From Phyllobates terribilis (taxonomy: Eukaryota): 64,000 nt of DNA. Where the stretch lies: positions 816,540,001 to 816,604,000 of the forward strand of contig NW_027362762.1 in NCBI RefSeq assembly GCF_046119375.1, read 5' to 3'. The position numbers were made by a program, and so were the translations under genes. Below are positions 34,314 to 48,917 of the stretch, piece after piece; within the stretch, counting starts at the first letter, position 1, and each line of letters begins with the position of its first letter. The notes under the pieces are model-generated. The model was not told where the DNA came from. It saw nothing but the letters and a program-made list of their open reading frames with translations, and made no database searches.

Positions 34314-35909
34314 CAGTGAGGGAAAAAAGTATTTAGTCAGCCACCAATTGTGCAAGTTCTCCCACTTAAAAAGATGAGAGAGGCCTGTAATTGACATTAT
34401 AGTTAGACCTGAACTATGAAAGACAAAATGAGAAAACAAATCCTGAAAATCACATTGTCTGATTTGGAAAGAATTTTTTTTTCAAATTTTGGTGGAAAAT
34501 AAGTATTTGGTCAATAACAAACAAGCAAGATTTCTGTCTCTCACAGACCTGTAACTTCTTCTTTAAGAGGCTCCTCTGTCCTCCACTCATTACCTGTAGT
34601 ACTGTCACATGTTTGAACTTGTTATCAGTATAAAAGACGCCTGTCCGCAACCTCAAACAGTCACCCTCCAAACTCCACTATGGTGAAGACCAAAGAGCTG
34701 TCGAAGAACACCAGAAACAAAATTGTAGCCCTGCACCAGGCTGGGAAGACTGCATCTGCAATAGGCAAGCAGCTTGGTGTCAAGAAATCAACTGAGGGAG
34801 CAATAATTAGAAAATGGAAGACATACAGGACCACTCACTGATAATCTCCCTCAATCTGGGGCTCCACACAAGATCTCACCCCATGGGGTCAAAATGATCC
34901 CAAGAACGATGAACAAAAATCCCAGAACCACACGGGGGGACTTAGTGAATTACCTGCAGAGAGCTGGGACCAATTTTACACATGCTACCATTAGTAACAC
35001 ACTAGGCCACCAGGGACTCAGATCCTGCAGTGCCAGACGTGTCCCCCTGCTTAAGCCATTACATGTCCGGACTTGTCTGAAGTTTGCTAGAGAGCACTTG
35101 GATGATCCAGAGACGTATTGGGAGAATGTCATATGGTCAGATGAAACCAAAGTAGAACTGTTTGGTAGAAACACAACTCGTTGTGTTTGGAGGAGAATGA
35201 ATGCTGAGTTGCATCCAAAGAAAACCATACCTACTGTGAAGCATGAGGGTGGCAACATCATGCTTTGGAGCTGTTTCTCTGCCAAGGGACCAGGATGAGT
35301 GATCCGTGTACATGAAAGAATAATTGGGGCCATGTATCATGAGATTTTGAGTGCAAACCTCCTTCCATCAGCAAGGGCATTGACGATGAAACGAGGCTGG
35401 GTCTTTCAGCATGACAATGATTCCAAGCACACCGCCAGGGCAACGAAGGAGTGGCTTCGTAAGAAGCATTTCAAGGTCCTGGAGTGGCGTAGCCAGTCTC
35501 CTGATCTAAACCCTATAGAAAACCTTTGGAGGGAGTTGAAAGTCCGTGTTGCCCAGCTACAGCCCCAAAACATCACTTCTCTAGAGAAGATCTGCATGGA
35601 GGAATGGGCCAACATACCAGCAACAGTGTGTGCCAACCTTGTGAAGACTTACATAAAATGTTTGACCTCTGTCATTGCCAACAAAGGATATATAACAAAA
35701 TATTGAGATGAACTTTTGTAATTGACCAAATACTTATTTTCCACCAAAATTTGAAAAATTCTTTCCAAATCAGACAATGTTATTTTCAGGATTTTTTTTC
35801 TCATTTTGTCTCATGGTTGAGGTCTACCTATGATGTCAATTACAGGCCATCTTTTTAAGTGGGAGAACTTGCACAATTGGTGGCTGACTAAATACTTTTT
35901 TCCCCACTA
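34314..35909 (+). mobile_element. Tc1 DD34E element, near full length, with frameshifts and a stop
   Basis: TA flanks, about 200-bp TIR CAGTG.GG.AAAAAAGTATTTAGTCAGCCACC. Transposase MVKTKELSK (34680) ... WSDETK ... FQHDND ... PDLNPIE, with 34 residues between the second D and E. Confidence 0.95.
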
Positions 35910-36572
35910 TATAAGACTAGAAATGTGCTGAGTAAATAAATATAACAGAATACAATATCTGAGTGCCCGACCACATGAGTAAAATATACAGGATCAATGC
36001 ACAAATCTGTATTCCCCTGCGCAATGCAGTCAGAGGTGCGGACTTAGTTCACTTTCTGAACATGACGTATTTATTACTCATCTGATCCCAGCATTTTACA
36101 CCAGTTATGACATTTATTCAGTAACCATGAAAAAATAGACCCCTAAAATATAACCTTTAATGATTAAGTTAAAAACTCTCAAAAATATATATTATAAGGT
36201 GTGTACTCAATTACACATTTAACATCCAACATATATAAGGGTCCACAAAAAATATATAATATTTTGACAGGATATGATATATAGGACCCTATTACACCCC
36301 TAATCTAAAGTGCAGCACAAGTAGTAGTAACTACAAAATCCTGGATGTGTGTCAATGTAGCTAAATAAACAGCAATTCACTGTCCATGTTTGAAAAGACA
36401 AGATGTTATATATCAAAGTGCGCATCAATTATTATTAAGTCCCTGACCCCTATAAGTATATGCAGATATGATCAGGAGTAATCAGGGAAAGTACACAAAT
36501 AGGGCAAAACAAAAAATCAAGACACCAAACAGAATAAGCAAATGAGCATAGGCATCTTAATAGATAACCAAT

Positions 36573-36872
36573 AGTGATGAGCGAGCTTGCTCGTTTAACC
36601 CTTTAATCAAGCATGCTCGGGTGCTCGCCAAGTATTTGCGGCATGCTTGGCATCTATGTTTACTCCGCTGCAGCTGCATGTGTCACAGCTGTTAGACAGC
36701 TGCGACACATGCAGGGATTGGCTAACAAACTGGCAATCCCTGCATGTGTCGCAGCTGTCTAAAAGCCGTGAAACATGCAGCCGCGGCGGATAGAAATAGA
36801 TGCCGAGCATGCCGCAAATACTCGGCACTAAAACCAATACTAAAGGGTTAAACGAGCATGCTCGCTCATCAC
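36573..36872. mobile_element. Palindromic MITE, PIF/Harbinger-like
   Basis: TIR AGTGATGAGCGAGC.TGCTCGTTTAACCCTTTA, 3-bp AAT at both flanks. Confidence 0.7.
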
Positions 36873-37564
36873 TAATAACCAGCCTTATAAGAAGTCCACA
36901 TCTGGTGTCTTGATTTTTTGTGTTGCCCTATTTGTATACTTTACAGCAAAACCAAACCTGCATATTTTTTTGTTTATAGAAAAAAAAATTGGAATTTTGT
37001 AAACAGAATGTGATTGTGTCCCCATTTTCCAAAACCTGTTACAGTTTCATTTTTCCATCGATATTGCTGTGTGAGGGCTTTTTTTTTGCATGGCGAGTTG
37101 ATGTGTTTATTGATGCCCTTTGGGGTAGATATCACGTTTTGATCGCTTATTGCATTTTTTTACAGAGTTACTGTAGCCAAAAAATCACAGTTCTGGCTTT
37201 TGGATTTTTTCTCTTTACAGGAGCTGTCCCAACATGTGGCTCGGTGCCACACATGTGGCTTGCGGACCCATGAAGTGTGGCTCACGACTGTCTGCCAATA
37301 TGGTTCATTAGCACCAAGCCTAGCTAACGGCTATGAACAGTACATTTCCAGATGGTGACTTCTGTTATTAGCCCAGTACAGAAGAGCAGATCTGGATGCT
37401 CATCTACTGGCCTTGGGGGTTTAGTGATAATTTAAGTATTGTAAGGTGGAGATAGGGTACTTATAGTCAGAGGGGATGCTTGAAGCTGGATTTAACAGTG
37501 TTGTGGGGGTGGTTGAGGAGACAGTACTGAATGGGGGTAAGGTGGGTCTAGGTATACTGCTTCA

Positions 37565-39607
37565 GGCCCCCTTCACACGTCCATTTTCTATGTCCATATG
37601 CATCCCGTTTTTAAAGGACCACAAATACGGACATAGGCACACCAATTGTATTCAATGGGTATGCACACATGTTAGGTTTTTCATGCTGACCTTGTGTCCA
37701 TATAAAAAAATGCAGACATGTCACGTTTTTTTTGCGCAGCACGCACTGAATAGATCCTGCACACTGATGACACACAGATGACAACCATGTGTCATCAGTG
37801 TGGTACGTACCGGCACCTGGGAATCAGCGGTACAGTTCGCGCAAATCAGCTGCTGCGGCGGCAGCTGCTGCTGCTGGAAGCATCTCTCATCATTGTCCCC
37901 TGCTCATGCTGAGATCAGCACGAGCAAGAGACAATGTTAGGAGTTGTAGGCAGCCCCCGCTGTCAACGGGTTTAAAATAAAGAATAAAATTAAAAAAAAC
38001 CTTATATTCAACTTACACATAATGCCATGAAGCCCATGTCACCGGTAGAAAAACTAAAATAAAGAAACAACCATAATACTCACCTGTCCGACATACTGTC
38101 CCAAACTGTAATCAATGTCTATGATCACTGGTTTACAACCTGAATGGTGCCAAGATGCTACCGTCCAGGCTGTAAATCAGGACACAATGAGCTGCTGCGA
38201 CCAGCGTCATAGAGGTTACCGCCTGTCACTGAAGGTGCGTTCCCACGGGCTGCTCACTGCAAGCTGGGACGAGGAGCTGCCATGTCTTCAGTGAGATCAC
38301 CGCTCGCACCGTGAGAAATTTTTCACGTTGTTGCGCTGAGCTCACTTAATTCAGCGCAATTCACTGTGAACTGTGTTAACAGCGGTGAACTCAGTGAGCT
38401 CAGCTCAATACTGAGAAATTTCTCATGGTGCTCGTGGTGATCTCACTGAGGTCACGGCAGTTCCTCGTCCGAGCTTGCAGTGAGCTGCCCGTGGGAACGC
38501 ACCTTCAGTGACAGGTGGTAACCTCTATGACGCCGGTCGCAGCAGCTCATTGTGTCCTGAGTCCTGATTTACAGCCTGGACGGTCGCATCTTGGCACCAT
38601 TCAGGTTCTAACCAATTATAACAGAGATTATGGTGAGGGACAATATGAGGGATATGGTTGGTTTTTATTTTCAATTTTTTTTTTTTGGGCTTCAGAGGAA
38701 TGGGCATAAGGTGAGTATAAATGTTTTTTATTTTTAAATAAATGTGTAAAACAGTGTACACTTTTATTTCAAATAAAGTACTTTATTCTGGGTATTTGAC
38801 TCTGGGGTTAATAATGGAGGCGTCTTATAGACGCCTCTCCATTACTAACCCTGGGCTTGATATCAGCTGCCGATACAAAGCTGTCATCAACCCCAAACCT
38901 ATTACCCCACTTGCCACTGCACCAGGGCAAGCGGGAAGAGCGGAGGCTAAGTGCCAGAATCTTATGAATGCGCAATTTCTGGGGCGGATGAGAGCTGATG
39001 TTTAAATAAGGGAGGGGACCAAAATCCATGGCCCCTTCCTAGGCTATTAATATCAGCCTGCAGCTGTCTGCCTATCCTTTGCTGGTTGTTAAAATAGGGG
39101 GGACCCCACATAATTTTTTGGGGGGTTCCCCATTTTAATAACCTGTAAAGAATAAGTATACAGCTGTGAGCTTATATTAATAGCCTGGGAAGCTACATGG
39201 GTAGTACCCTCTTCCCAGGCTATAAACATCAGCCCCAGCTTTCCGCTTTCCCTCTGCTGGTTAATAAAATGTAGGGGGATCCCAAGCCATTTTTTTAAAA
39301 ATGTAATAATTTATGAATAAATTACATGTACAGTAAGCTACAACCCCAAAGCACTGAATATATATCTCTCTCACATATTTCTGTCTATCATGTGTTCTCC
39401 CTCTTGCAAGTCCTGTGTTTTTAAATTAAATTTTAAAAATAAATTGTTGAAATAGCATCCATTCTTTTCCTGGACAAAAAAACGGATGCTGCATACGGAC
39501 ACACAGACATATGGAGAGCACATGGATGCCACACAGACACAGACCACAGATCTCGCCAGTAACGTATTTTCCTATACAGGAATTACCAAGATGTGTGAAG
39601 GAGGCCT
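37565..39607. mobile_element. T2/Kolobok-like non-autonomous element with a long internal palindrome (38138-38607)
   Basis: Termini GGCCCCCTTCACAC / GTGTGAAGGAGGCC; about 230-bp inverted arms inside. Confidence 0.7.
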
Positions 39608-40029
39608 CAGTGTGATTTCTGTGTGAAAGCTTAGCCGTCATACTGGTCATGGGAGCTCTAGGTGTCACTACTGCGAGGGGGAGCGGGAGCGAGATGTCAC
39701 TACTCGGGGGACTGGTGGCGTCTGGAAGTGACTTGTGACCCTCTCTCAGAGCTGAATGTGGTTCTCAATGTAAGACATTTTGGGGACCATTGCTCTACAA
39801 TTTGATAGATTGTACTTTTACAAATGTGGAGATATCAAATATGTTTATCTATTTTTTTAAATATCTTTATTTTTAATAGAAGTAAGGGAGTGTGGTTGAC
39901 TCTTTTTTGACTTTTTATAATTTTTTAGATTTTTTTTTACTTTTTTCTTTAATACTTTTGGGGGATTTGGATCTTGGATTGTCTGATTGCCCATAGTTTA
40001 ATAATGTAATACAACTATATAATCAAGAG

Positions 40030-40410
40030 TTTTCCCAAGACTCCTTGAAAAGGAAATATTTAGAAAAAGTGTGGCCCATCCTTTTTGGCGGATTCTACTC
40101 TATCCAAATACTTACCTAATAGACCTAGTATCACCTTTCGGAGAAGTAAAAACCTCCGTGATCATGTGGTGAAAGTCACTACCACAGTGATCCAATCTTC
40201 TTTTTGGATAATGTCCGCCCTCGTCGAGGATGATCAGCTTGTGGCAGATGCATTTCCTGTCCTAACATTGAACGCACTGACACCTTTTGTGATTCCACAA
40301 GACTGAAACATTTTAACATCAATCATAAAATATCTTGTACCACAAAAGCCGTTTATTATGCCACATGCCGCTATTCAAAAATATACGTGGTACTCACTAC
40401 TCATCAGCTT
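40030..40410 (+). pseudogene. Penelope-like element linker / GIY-YIG fragment
   Basis: LPNRPSITFRRSKNLRDHVV then CGRCISCP...INHKISCTTKAVYYATC...KIYV. An AT-rich 3' remnant probably continues at 43790-45000. Confidence 0.7.
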
Positions 40411-41097
40411 AAAGGGGGTGTCCATTATTAGGACAACCCCTTCTCAATCTGAATGTTTGTCACCATGAAAATAAAAACTCCCATACTCACCTCTCATTTC
40501 GGGCCCCTTTCTATCGGTTTCAGCACTCACATTCCCGGAACTCCTGTGCGGCTGTTATGACTCGTGAGCCCGGCGCCCAATCACCGCTGGTGTCTCTGTC
40601 CCTGCCTTGAATGTACATGTAATCAAGAGGAGGTCAGAGCTGCAGCCACTCACTTCCTCATGATTACTTTGGCTGACTGTGCCCTTAGTTTCTGGGAATG
40701 ACTGCGATGTATCGTCACATCATTCTCATCGTCATTCACTGTCCCTCTGAACCATCTGATGTGCACAATTTTACCATCTATGTAGATATACAATTTCTTT
40801 ATATTACTGCACAATGTTGCTTTACTGTGTCCTCTTTGGTTTTTACACCTTCCACCATTTATTCTACTTTCAATTTATGTGAGACCTCTATACTCTATAC
40901 TATACTATACTACTTATTTTCATGTAGGTGTTTTACTTATACCGTATTTTGCAGATTATAAGACGCTCTTTTACCCCCCAAAATTGGAGGAAAGTGGAGA
41001 AGGGTGCATCTTATAGTCATGATGTACCTGGCTGTGGCTGTGGAATTGAGGGGTGGACAGCGGTGAAGAAGCGAGTCACGGGAGGCAGGAGCAGGGT

Positions 41098-42418
41098 CAG
41101 GGCCGGCTTCAGGTTTTTGTGGGCCCTGGGAGAATGAGTCTCAATGGGCCCCTTTAACACATACCACGATTCATGATGCACAGATACCGCAGAGAAATAT
41201 AGGTATAGTACAATGCAAAGATTTCACCTCTTACATTACATGAGTGATATCTATTGTAAATTATACAATAGCTCAGGAACCGACGAATCGCTCCATACAG
41301 AATCCTGACTCCCATAAAAAAATCCATGCAGGCTGTCCCCCCCCCCTACATAATGCCTCATGCAAGATGTCATACCCCCCCTTATAATGCCCCATGAATG
41401 CTGTCCCCCCCATATAATGCCCCATGTAGGATGTCACCCCCCCTTATAATGCACCATGCAGGATGTCACACACCCCCTCCCTTATAATGCCCCATGCAGG
41501 ATGTCACTTGCCCCCCCCTTATAATGCCCCATGCAGAATGTTAATTGTCCCCCCTTATAATGCCCCATGCAGGATGTCACCCCCCCTCCCTTATAATGCC
41601 CCATGCAGGATGTCACACACCCCCTCCCTTATAATGCCCCATGCAGGATTTCACACACCCCCTCGCTTATAATGCCTCATGCAGGATTTCACACACACCC
41701 CCTCCCTTACAATGCCCCATGCAGGATGTCACACACATCACCTCCCTTAAAATGCCCCATGCAGGATGTCACACCACCCTTCGCTTATAATTCCCCATGC
41801 AGGATGTCACACGTCCCTTCGCTTATAATGCCCCATGCAGGATGTCAGCCCCCCCTATAATGCCCCACGCAGGATGTCACACCCCCCTTCACTTAAAATG
41901 CCCCATGCAGGATGTCACACCCCTATTCGCTTATAATGCCCCATGCAGGATGTCACGCGACCCCACCCCCCCTCCCTTATAATGCCCCATGCAGGATGTC
42001 ACACCACCCCCACCATATAATGCCCCACGCCTCCATACAATAAAGAAAAATCAAATACCTCACTCACCTGCTGCCACTGCTCCAGACTCCTCACGCGTGC
42101 CGGCATCTTCCCGCTCTGCGCTCTGATGGCTCAGGAGAGAGGACGGTGTAAAGACGTCACCGCATCCTCTGACCTGAGACGTCACTGTGCAGCATCCACG
42201 GAAGAGACCGGAGCTGCTGCAGAGGCATGGGGAGAGGTAAGTATTGCGCCAGGTGCCGGGGCCCTGAGCAAGTGGGGGGGAGCGGGCGCTGGCAACGCTC
42301 TCCTCCGCTCAAGGGTCCTATAGCACTGCGGGGTGCCTGACAGCAAATGGACCCCCCTGCCTGCTCAGGGCCCCGGCACTTGCCCGGGTGCTGACGCCGG
42401 GTGCTGACGCCGGACCTG
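41098..42418. mobile_element. Non-autonomous hAT-type element with internal minisatellite (41340-42030, about 32-bp unit)
   Basis: Termini CAGGGCCGGC / GCCGGACCTG and a perfect 8-bp TSD AGCAGGGT (41090-41097, 42419-42426). Confidence 0.9.
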
Positions 42419-43108
42419 AGCAGGGTCACAGGAGGCAGGAGCCGGCGCTGGGGCTACCACCTGTGTCTGCTATTAAAGAAAATGAATATGCATCGCTCCC
42501 CACACCAATAATACCGTCCACCTCTCTGCACTGAAGCCAGGACGTAGAGGTGGGTGGGAGTGTGGGAGTGGGGAGCAGTGCGTATTCATTTTTTTTCAAT
42601 ATGGGGTGCACGTGTTAGCCGCAGATACCGGCTTCCAGCTGTGGCTGGGCGATCACGTGTGTTCGCTATTAAAGAAAATGAATATTCACTGCTCCCCAGC
42701 CCAAAATCCCGGGCGTGGGGAGCAGTGAATATTCCGGCAGCTGTCATTGGCATATGGCGGCACATGGCATCAACGTCATGAGCTGCGCCGCTTACATCCT
42801 GAAGTCAGTTGCCAGCATCAGAAGAGGACGCCGCTATGCGAGGAAGCGAAGGGAAGGTGAGTAGAATGGTTTATTTTCTTTTATGTGTGCGGCGTGATGG
42901 AGATCATATACCAGGATGATGGGACATATATACCAGGATGGCGGGGAACATGTATACTAGGATGGGCGACACATGTACTTGGATGGAGGGCCACATATAC
43001 CAGGATAGAGATATACCAGGATGGGTGGGGATATATATATATCAGGATGGGTGGGGATATATATATTAGGATGAGGGGACTTGTATACCAGGATGGGGGG
43101 GACATATA

Positions 43109-43365
43109 CAGTGGGGAAAATAAGTATTTGATACATTGCCGATATTGCAAGTTCTCCACTACAAAGAATGGAGAGGTCTGTAATTTATCGTAGGTACACT
43201 GCAACTGTGAGAGACAGAATCGAAACACAATGTGATTTTCCGTTTGTTTCGATTCTGTCTCTCACAGTTGCAGTGTACCTACGATAAAATTACAGACCTC
43301 TCCATTCTTTGTAGTGGGAGAACTTACAATATCGGCAATGTATCAAATACTTATTTTCCCCTCTG
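43109..43365. mobile_element. Near-perfect palindromic Tc1 MITE
   Basis: TA flanks; two about 120-bp TIR-derived arms joined by a short spacer. Confidence 0.88.
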
Positions 43366-45859
43366 TATAGCAGGATGGGGGGACATATATACCAGGCTGG
43401 AGGGCCATATATAACAGGAAGAAGGGCCATATATACCATGATGTGGATCATATATACCAGGATGGGGGCCATATATACCAAGATTGGGGCCATATACTGT
43501 ATACCTGGATGAGAATCATATAAAGAATTTGGCCCCCATTCTGGTATATATCAGGATGGGGATCATATATACCAGGATGGGACAAGGATGGCCCACATAT
43601 ACACCAAGATGGGGGACATAAATACAGAATTGGGGGACATTATCTCCATAACAGTGGCAGCAGCAGAACTCCCATAAGTGCATCATGACCACATTTTTTT
43701 GCTTCAAATTTTATTTTCTATTTACCTCCTCTAAAATCTAGGTGATTCTTATGGTCTAACTCGTCTTATAGTCCACACAATATGGTACTTAGACATTCTT
43801 TTCCCCCTCTCCCCCATCTATCCATCCCTTCTTCCCTTTTTCTACCCCACTTGCTCCCCATTATTTCCCTACACATTTTACATTGTGGATTCACATACAT
43901 GTATGTACTCTTATCTAATGTAATGAAATCATGCCACTTTGAGTGGTATAAACCTTGATCTATGTGTTCCCTTATTCACATTCACCCATCATTGCTTGTT
44001 TGGATATATAAATATTATATATATTCTTTTTCTCTCTTCACACACATTTATAAATGACACACTTTTTTATTATATTATATTTTTATTATATTTAATTACA
44101 TTATTTTCCATTTCATATTGTTTTTTTGCATTTGTCACAATAGATGTCATCAATAATATGTATCTTATTTATGGCATTATTAATATCCTTTTGTCATAAT
44201 ATCACATAATGTGTTCTCTCCATTGTGCTGTATACAGTTAATACCATGCTCTTTTGCACCATCTTGTGGCCTTTTGTGAGTATTACTTTCCAACTATGCA
44301 CGTTGTTGATTTCTCTCAACTATTAATGCTAGACTTCTTTTGCACATTGGCTCGTCTGGTGCCCGGCCGGCTCTCCCCTTCCTGTATCTTTCGTGCCCAG
44401 TTTGTGTCACGGTCGGTCATGTGACGTGGGTCGAGGCAAGCTCCCGGACTTCACCAGTGCACGCATGCGTCACTACACTCTGCGTCCCTCTCCTATTGGC
44501 TAGTGCTGCATTTTTATTCTCCCTCTTCCTGTGATGTGTCGGGGTGGGCACATCGTAAGGCAGCTCCTGCTGTGAACCAAGTATGTACTAAACTCATTTT
44601 TTCCCATCCATCCTGAGTGTCCGCCGACTATTTGGCCGTGCCATGTATGGGAATATATTTACCTTTTACCCCAATCTTGTATACTTGACCATTATTTAGT
44701 CACCATACCCCCAGATATTCTCATTGCATCATCAATATTAGATATGTATTTTTACACATATTTGCTTATATATATTTCTGATGAGGGTTACATCTAATAT
44801 ACTATATTTGTGATTTTATACTAAGCAGTGAGCCTCCTTTACATTCTGCTATTTATATGTGTGATCTGCGCTGTCTTCCTATTCTTTGTATATCCACTGA
44901 ACCTTTTTACTTCATCAATAAAGTTCATCCTTTATGACATTTATTTATGACTCGCTATATTGACTTAATTATTATTTTTTTGTCCATACCAGTTTTGTTA
45001 CCAATTAGTCTGTTGGTGCTAATGTCTGAGATATAAGAACACACACTTATTATACAGGTAATTTCAGTTCTCCACATTACTTTCCTATAAAGCTTGTTGT
45101 GTGTATACACACATAGAGTTCTCCTGCTCCCTTGTCCCCTTTCTTTCTATGGCCAGTGTTAGACTATTTTTATATCACATTTAGGCATCCATTTAATGTA
45201 TACGCTGGGACATATAAGCTAAACAGATACCTCTGATGGATGATGCACACTTTTAATGTTTATTTTACAACTCTAAAACTATAAATCTGTTATACTGCTC
45301 CTTCCCAACCAAATAATGTGAACAGCTCCATTCCTCCCTCTGTGTATACATTGTGTAATGTGAATGTATTGTGCTCTGTGAACTGTATATGGGGTACAGA
45401 GAATGATACTTGCCACACGATGACCAGTAAAGGATGATGGAATCTTGCAAATCCTGCAAAAATGAAAAATGGGGAAATGGGGGAGGGTACAAATGGGAAG
45501 GGAAGGAAAAAATGCCAAAAAAACTGTGCCTTTTGAAGCTAAAATCTCTCCAGATGCTCCTTGTATACAAGTCGCTGCGTCGCTCTCTCCCAACTGTCAC
45601 CTGAGATACAAATGATAACATTGCAGGAGCCAGGAATGACCAGTAACTGCCAATCACCTGCAGTCACATGACCTCCTCACTGCAGCCAGAACATTTCTAT
45701 TACATTTGAAACTTTCAAGCAAAGATTTAGCCCCGATTCATCCAGACTGGCCGTTCTCATGTCAGAATGTGCTGGTTTCTGGGCCCTTAGTCTGAGATTT
45801 ATTTTCTAAACACTCTGCCAGCATGAGCTCCTGAGTCTTTTTTTTGGACATTCAGTTTT

Positions 45860-46930
45860 ATTCTGGGCACCACATAGTGCTCCATACAGTATAATGTTCC
45901 CCATATAGTGTTCCATACAGTATTATGGGTACCACATAGTCCTCCACACAGTACAATGTTCCTCATATAGTGTTCCATACAGTATTATGGGCACTACATA
46001 GTCCTCCATACAGTATAATGTTCCCCATATAGTGCTCCATACAGTATTATGGGCACCACATAGTCTTCAATACAATATTATGGGCCCCACATAGTCCTCC
46101 ATACAGTATAATGATCCCCATATAGTGCTCCATACAGTATAATGTTCCTCATATAGTGCTCCATGCAGTATTATGGGCACAATATAGTGCTCCACACAGT
46201 ATTATGGGCACCACATAGTGCTCCATACAGTATAATGTTCCCCATATAGTGCTCCATACAGTATAATGGGCACCACATAGTGCTCCATACAGTATTATGG
46301 GCACAATATAGTGCTCCACACAGTATTATGGGCACCACATAGTCCTCCACACATTACAATGTTCCCCATATAGTGTTCCATACAGTATTATGGGCACTAC
46401 ATAGTCCTCCATACAGTATAATGTTCCCCATATAGTGCTCCATACAGTATTATGGGCACCACATAGTCTTCCATACAGTATAATGTTCCTCATATAGTGC
46501 TCCATACAGTATTATGGCCACCACATAGTCTTCCATACAATATTATGGGCCCCACATAGTCCTCCATACAGTATAATGTTCCCCATATAGTGCTCCATAC
46601 AGTATAATGGGCACCACATAGTGCTCCATACAGTATAATGTTCTTCATATAGTGCTCCATACAGTATTATGGGCACCAGATAGTCTTCAATACAATATTA
46701 TGGGCCCCACCTAGTCCTCCATATAGTATAATGTTCCCCATATCGTGCTCCGTACAGTATTATGGGCCCCATATAGTGCTTCATACAGTTATGGCCCCCA
46801 TATAGTCCTCCATACAGAATTATGGGCCCCATAAAGTCCTTCATATAGCTTTGTGGGCACCATATAGTCCTTCATAAAGTATAATGAGCTCCATACAGTA
46901 TTATGGGCCCCATGTAGTCCTCCATACATA
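45860..46930. repeat. About 30-bp minisatellite
   Basis: Tandem CATAGTGCTCCATACAGTAT(A/T)ATGGGCACCA variants. Confidence 0.9.
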
Positions 46931-48917
46931 TAAAATAAATAAACAAATACTCACCTCTCCCTAATCCCTCGCAGCTCCAGCCCCTGCACTGCTCAGCACA
47001 GATGGTGCGCTGTAGTAATGTCTTTGTGCCTTCTACGCTGAGACATCACAGAGCTCAGCTGCAGAGGGGGAATGATGGGAGAGGGAACAACACCTGATGG
47101 CTCCCCTTCCCATCATTGTTTTCAACTGTATCGGCATTCATGATACGGATACACGCAGTCCATTAATTTGGGGAAAAGAAAAAATGCTTTTTATTGTTTT
47201 TTTTTCTTTTTCAACACCAAAATTCGCAAATCTTTTAAAGTCTCAGAAATGCGCCACATTGAAAATTCCTCCAGAAATCTTTCTCAAGTTAGGACTGGAG
47301 AAAAATGCCCAAAAATAATGTGATATTTGGTAAAAGTCGCAATTCATTAATTTAAAACATCTGGATAAGCAAAGTTGTCAAGAAAATGAAAAAAGACTTG
47401 AAAAAGAAAGACAACTTAAAAAGTGGCACAAAACATATAGCAAATAAGGCACAAATACTAAAGTCACTAATATGGGGCAAATTACTCCAGAAAAATGGAG
47501 AAACAGCAATGATGAATCAGTGCCTATGTGATTTCTGCCAAAGACAAGCGCTGTCATAACGGTGGCTTATTGGAAAAGGGTCCAGCAGTTATAGGCAGGG
47601 GCGTAACTACAATGGGTGCAGGGGTTGCAATCGCACCCGGGCTCTGGAGCCTAAAAGGCCCAAAAAGTTCAGTGAAGGTCTCTGAGTGAGTCAAAAAAGA
47701 CCAAGCCATGTGGATCAGTCATATTGTTTGCAGAGGTAACAGTTCTTATCTAGTGAGAGAGCAGGCGCAGGGAAGCTCTTAAAGGAGACATGAGAGGTTG
47801 AAGAACACTAGTCATGAGCAGATAGCTAGTGAATCTGCAGGATAATAGTGTTATGAAAGTGCCCAGCTGCTGTACAGAAAGCATTTCTGAGAAAATTAAC
47901 TTTAAATGGAACCTGTCACTAGAAAAACACTATTAACCTGCAGATATGGGGTTAATCTACAGGATAATAGCATTACTAACCTGCCCAGGGCCCGCTGCGG
48001 GGAGAAAATTAACTTTATTCTCCCCGGCAGCATTTGATTTCAGTCACGGGGCGGTGTCGGCGCTGGTTCAATCATTGCTCTAACTATACAGAGCGGTGGT
48101 TGTAACCGCGCCACCCGGCACTGACTGACAGACGGCCTAAATGCAAAGGGGGAGGGACAGCGGGAGTTTCAATGGAGTTCAGGTCCACATATACAAGGAT
48201 GGAGATCATATACACCAGGATGGGAGGGCCATATACACAAGGACGGGGGAAACATTTATACCAGGACGGTGTGCCACATATACCAGGATTTGAAATCATA
48301 TATACCAGAATGGGAGGACATATATACTAGGATGGGGGACCATATATACCAGGATGGGGGGATATATATACCAGGATGGGGGGGATATACAGTATATACC
48401 AGGATGGAGGGACATATATATCAGGGTGGGGGGATATACAGTACAGACCAAACGTTTGGACTCACCTTCTCATTTAAAGATTTTTCTGTATTTTCTTGAC
48501 TATGAAAATTGTACATTCACACTGAAGGCATCAAAACTATGAATTAACACATGTGGAATTATATACTTAACAAAAAAGTGTGAAAGAACTGAAAATATGT
48601 CTTATATTCTAGGTTCTTCAAAGTAGCCACCTTTTGCTTTGATGACTGCTTTGCACACTCTTGGCATTCTCTTGATGAGCTTCAAGAGGTAGTCACCGGA
48701 AATGGTTTTCACTTCACAGGTGTTCCCTATCAGGTTTAATAAGTGGGATTTCTTGCCTTATAAATGGGGTTGGGACCATCAGCTGTGTTGTCTCTCGTGA
48801 CCCTCACATTGTACGCATTTTGGCCAACTCTAATTACTGGTTGGTCAGCCTTCTAGACTCAACCAAGTAGGATCCTGGCACTCACATGTGAAATAATTAA
48901 CCGTCTATTGTCTCAAC

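Larger units (their letters stand above)
40942..43785. mobile_element. Non-autonomous Tc2/pogo-like element carrying nested inserts
   Basis: TA flanks, TIR CCGTATTTTGCAGATTATAAGACG / CGTCTTATAGTCCACACAATATGG. Confidence 0.7.

Noticed and set aside
44776-44790. CTGATGA hammerhead core
   Set aside because: No stem II or downstream GAAA at a suitable distance.
45265-45657. 130-aa minus-strand ORF
   Set aside because: Reads through a polypyrimidine tract and apparent splice sites; composition is intron-like.
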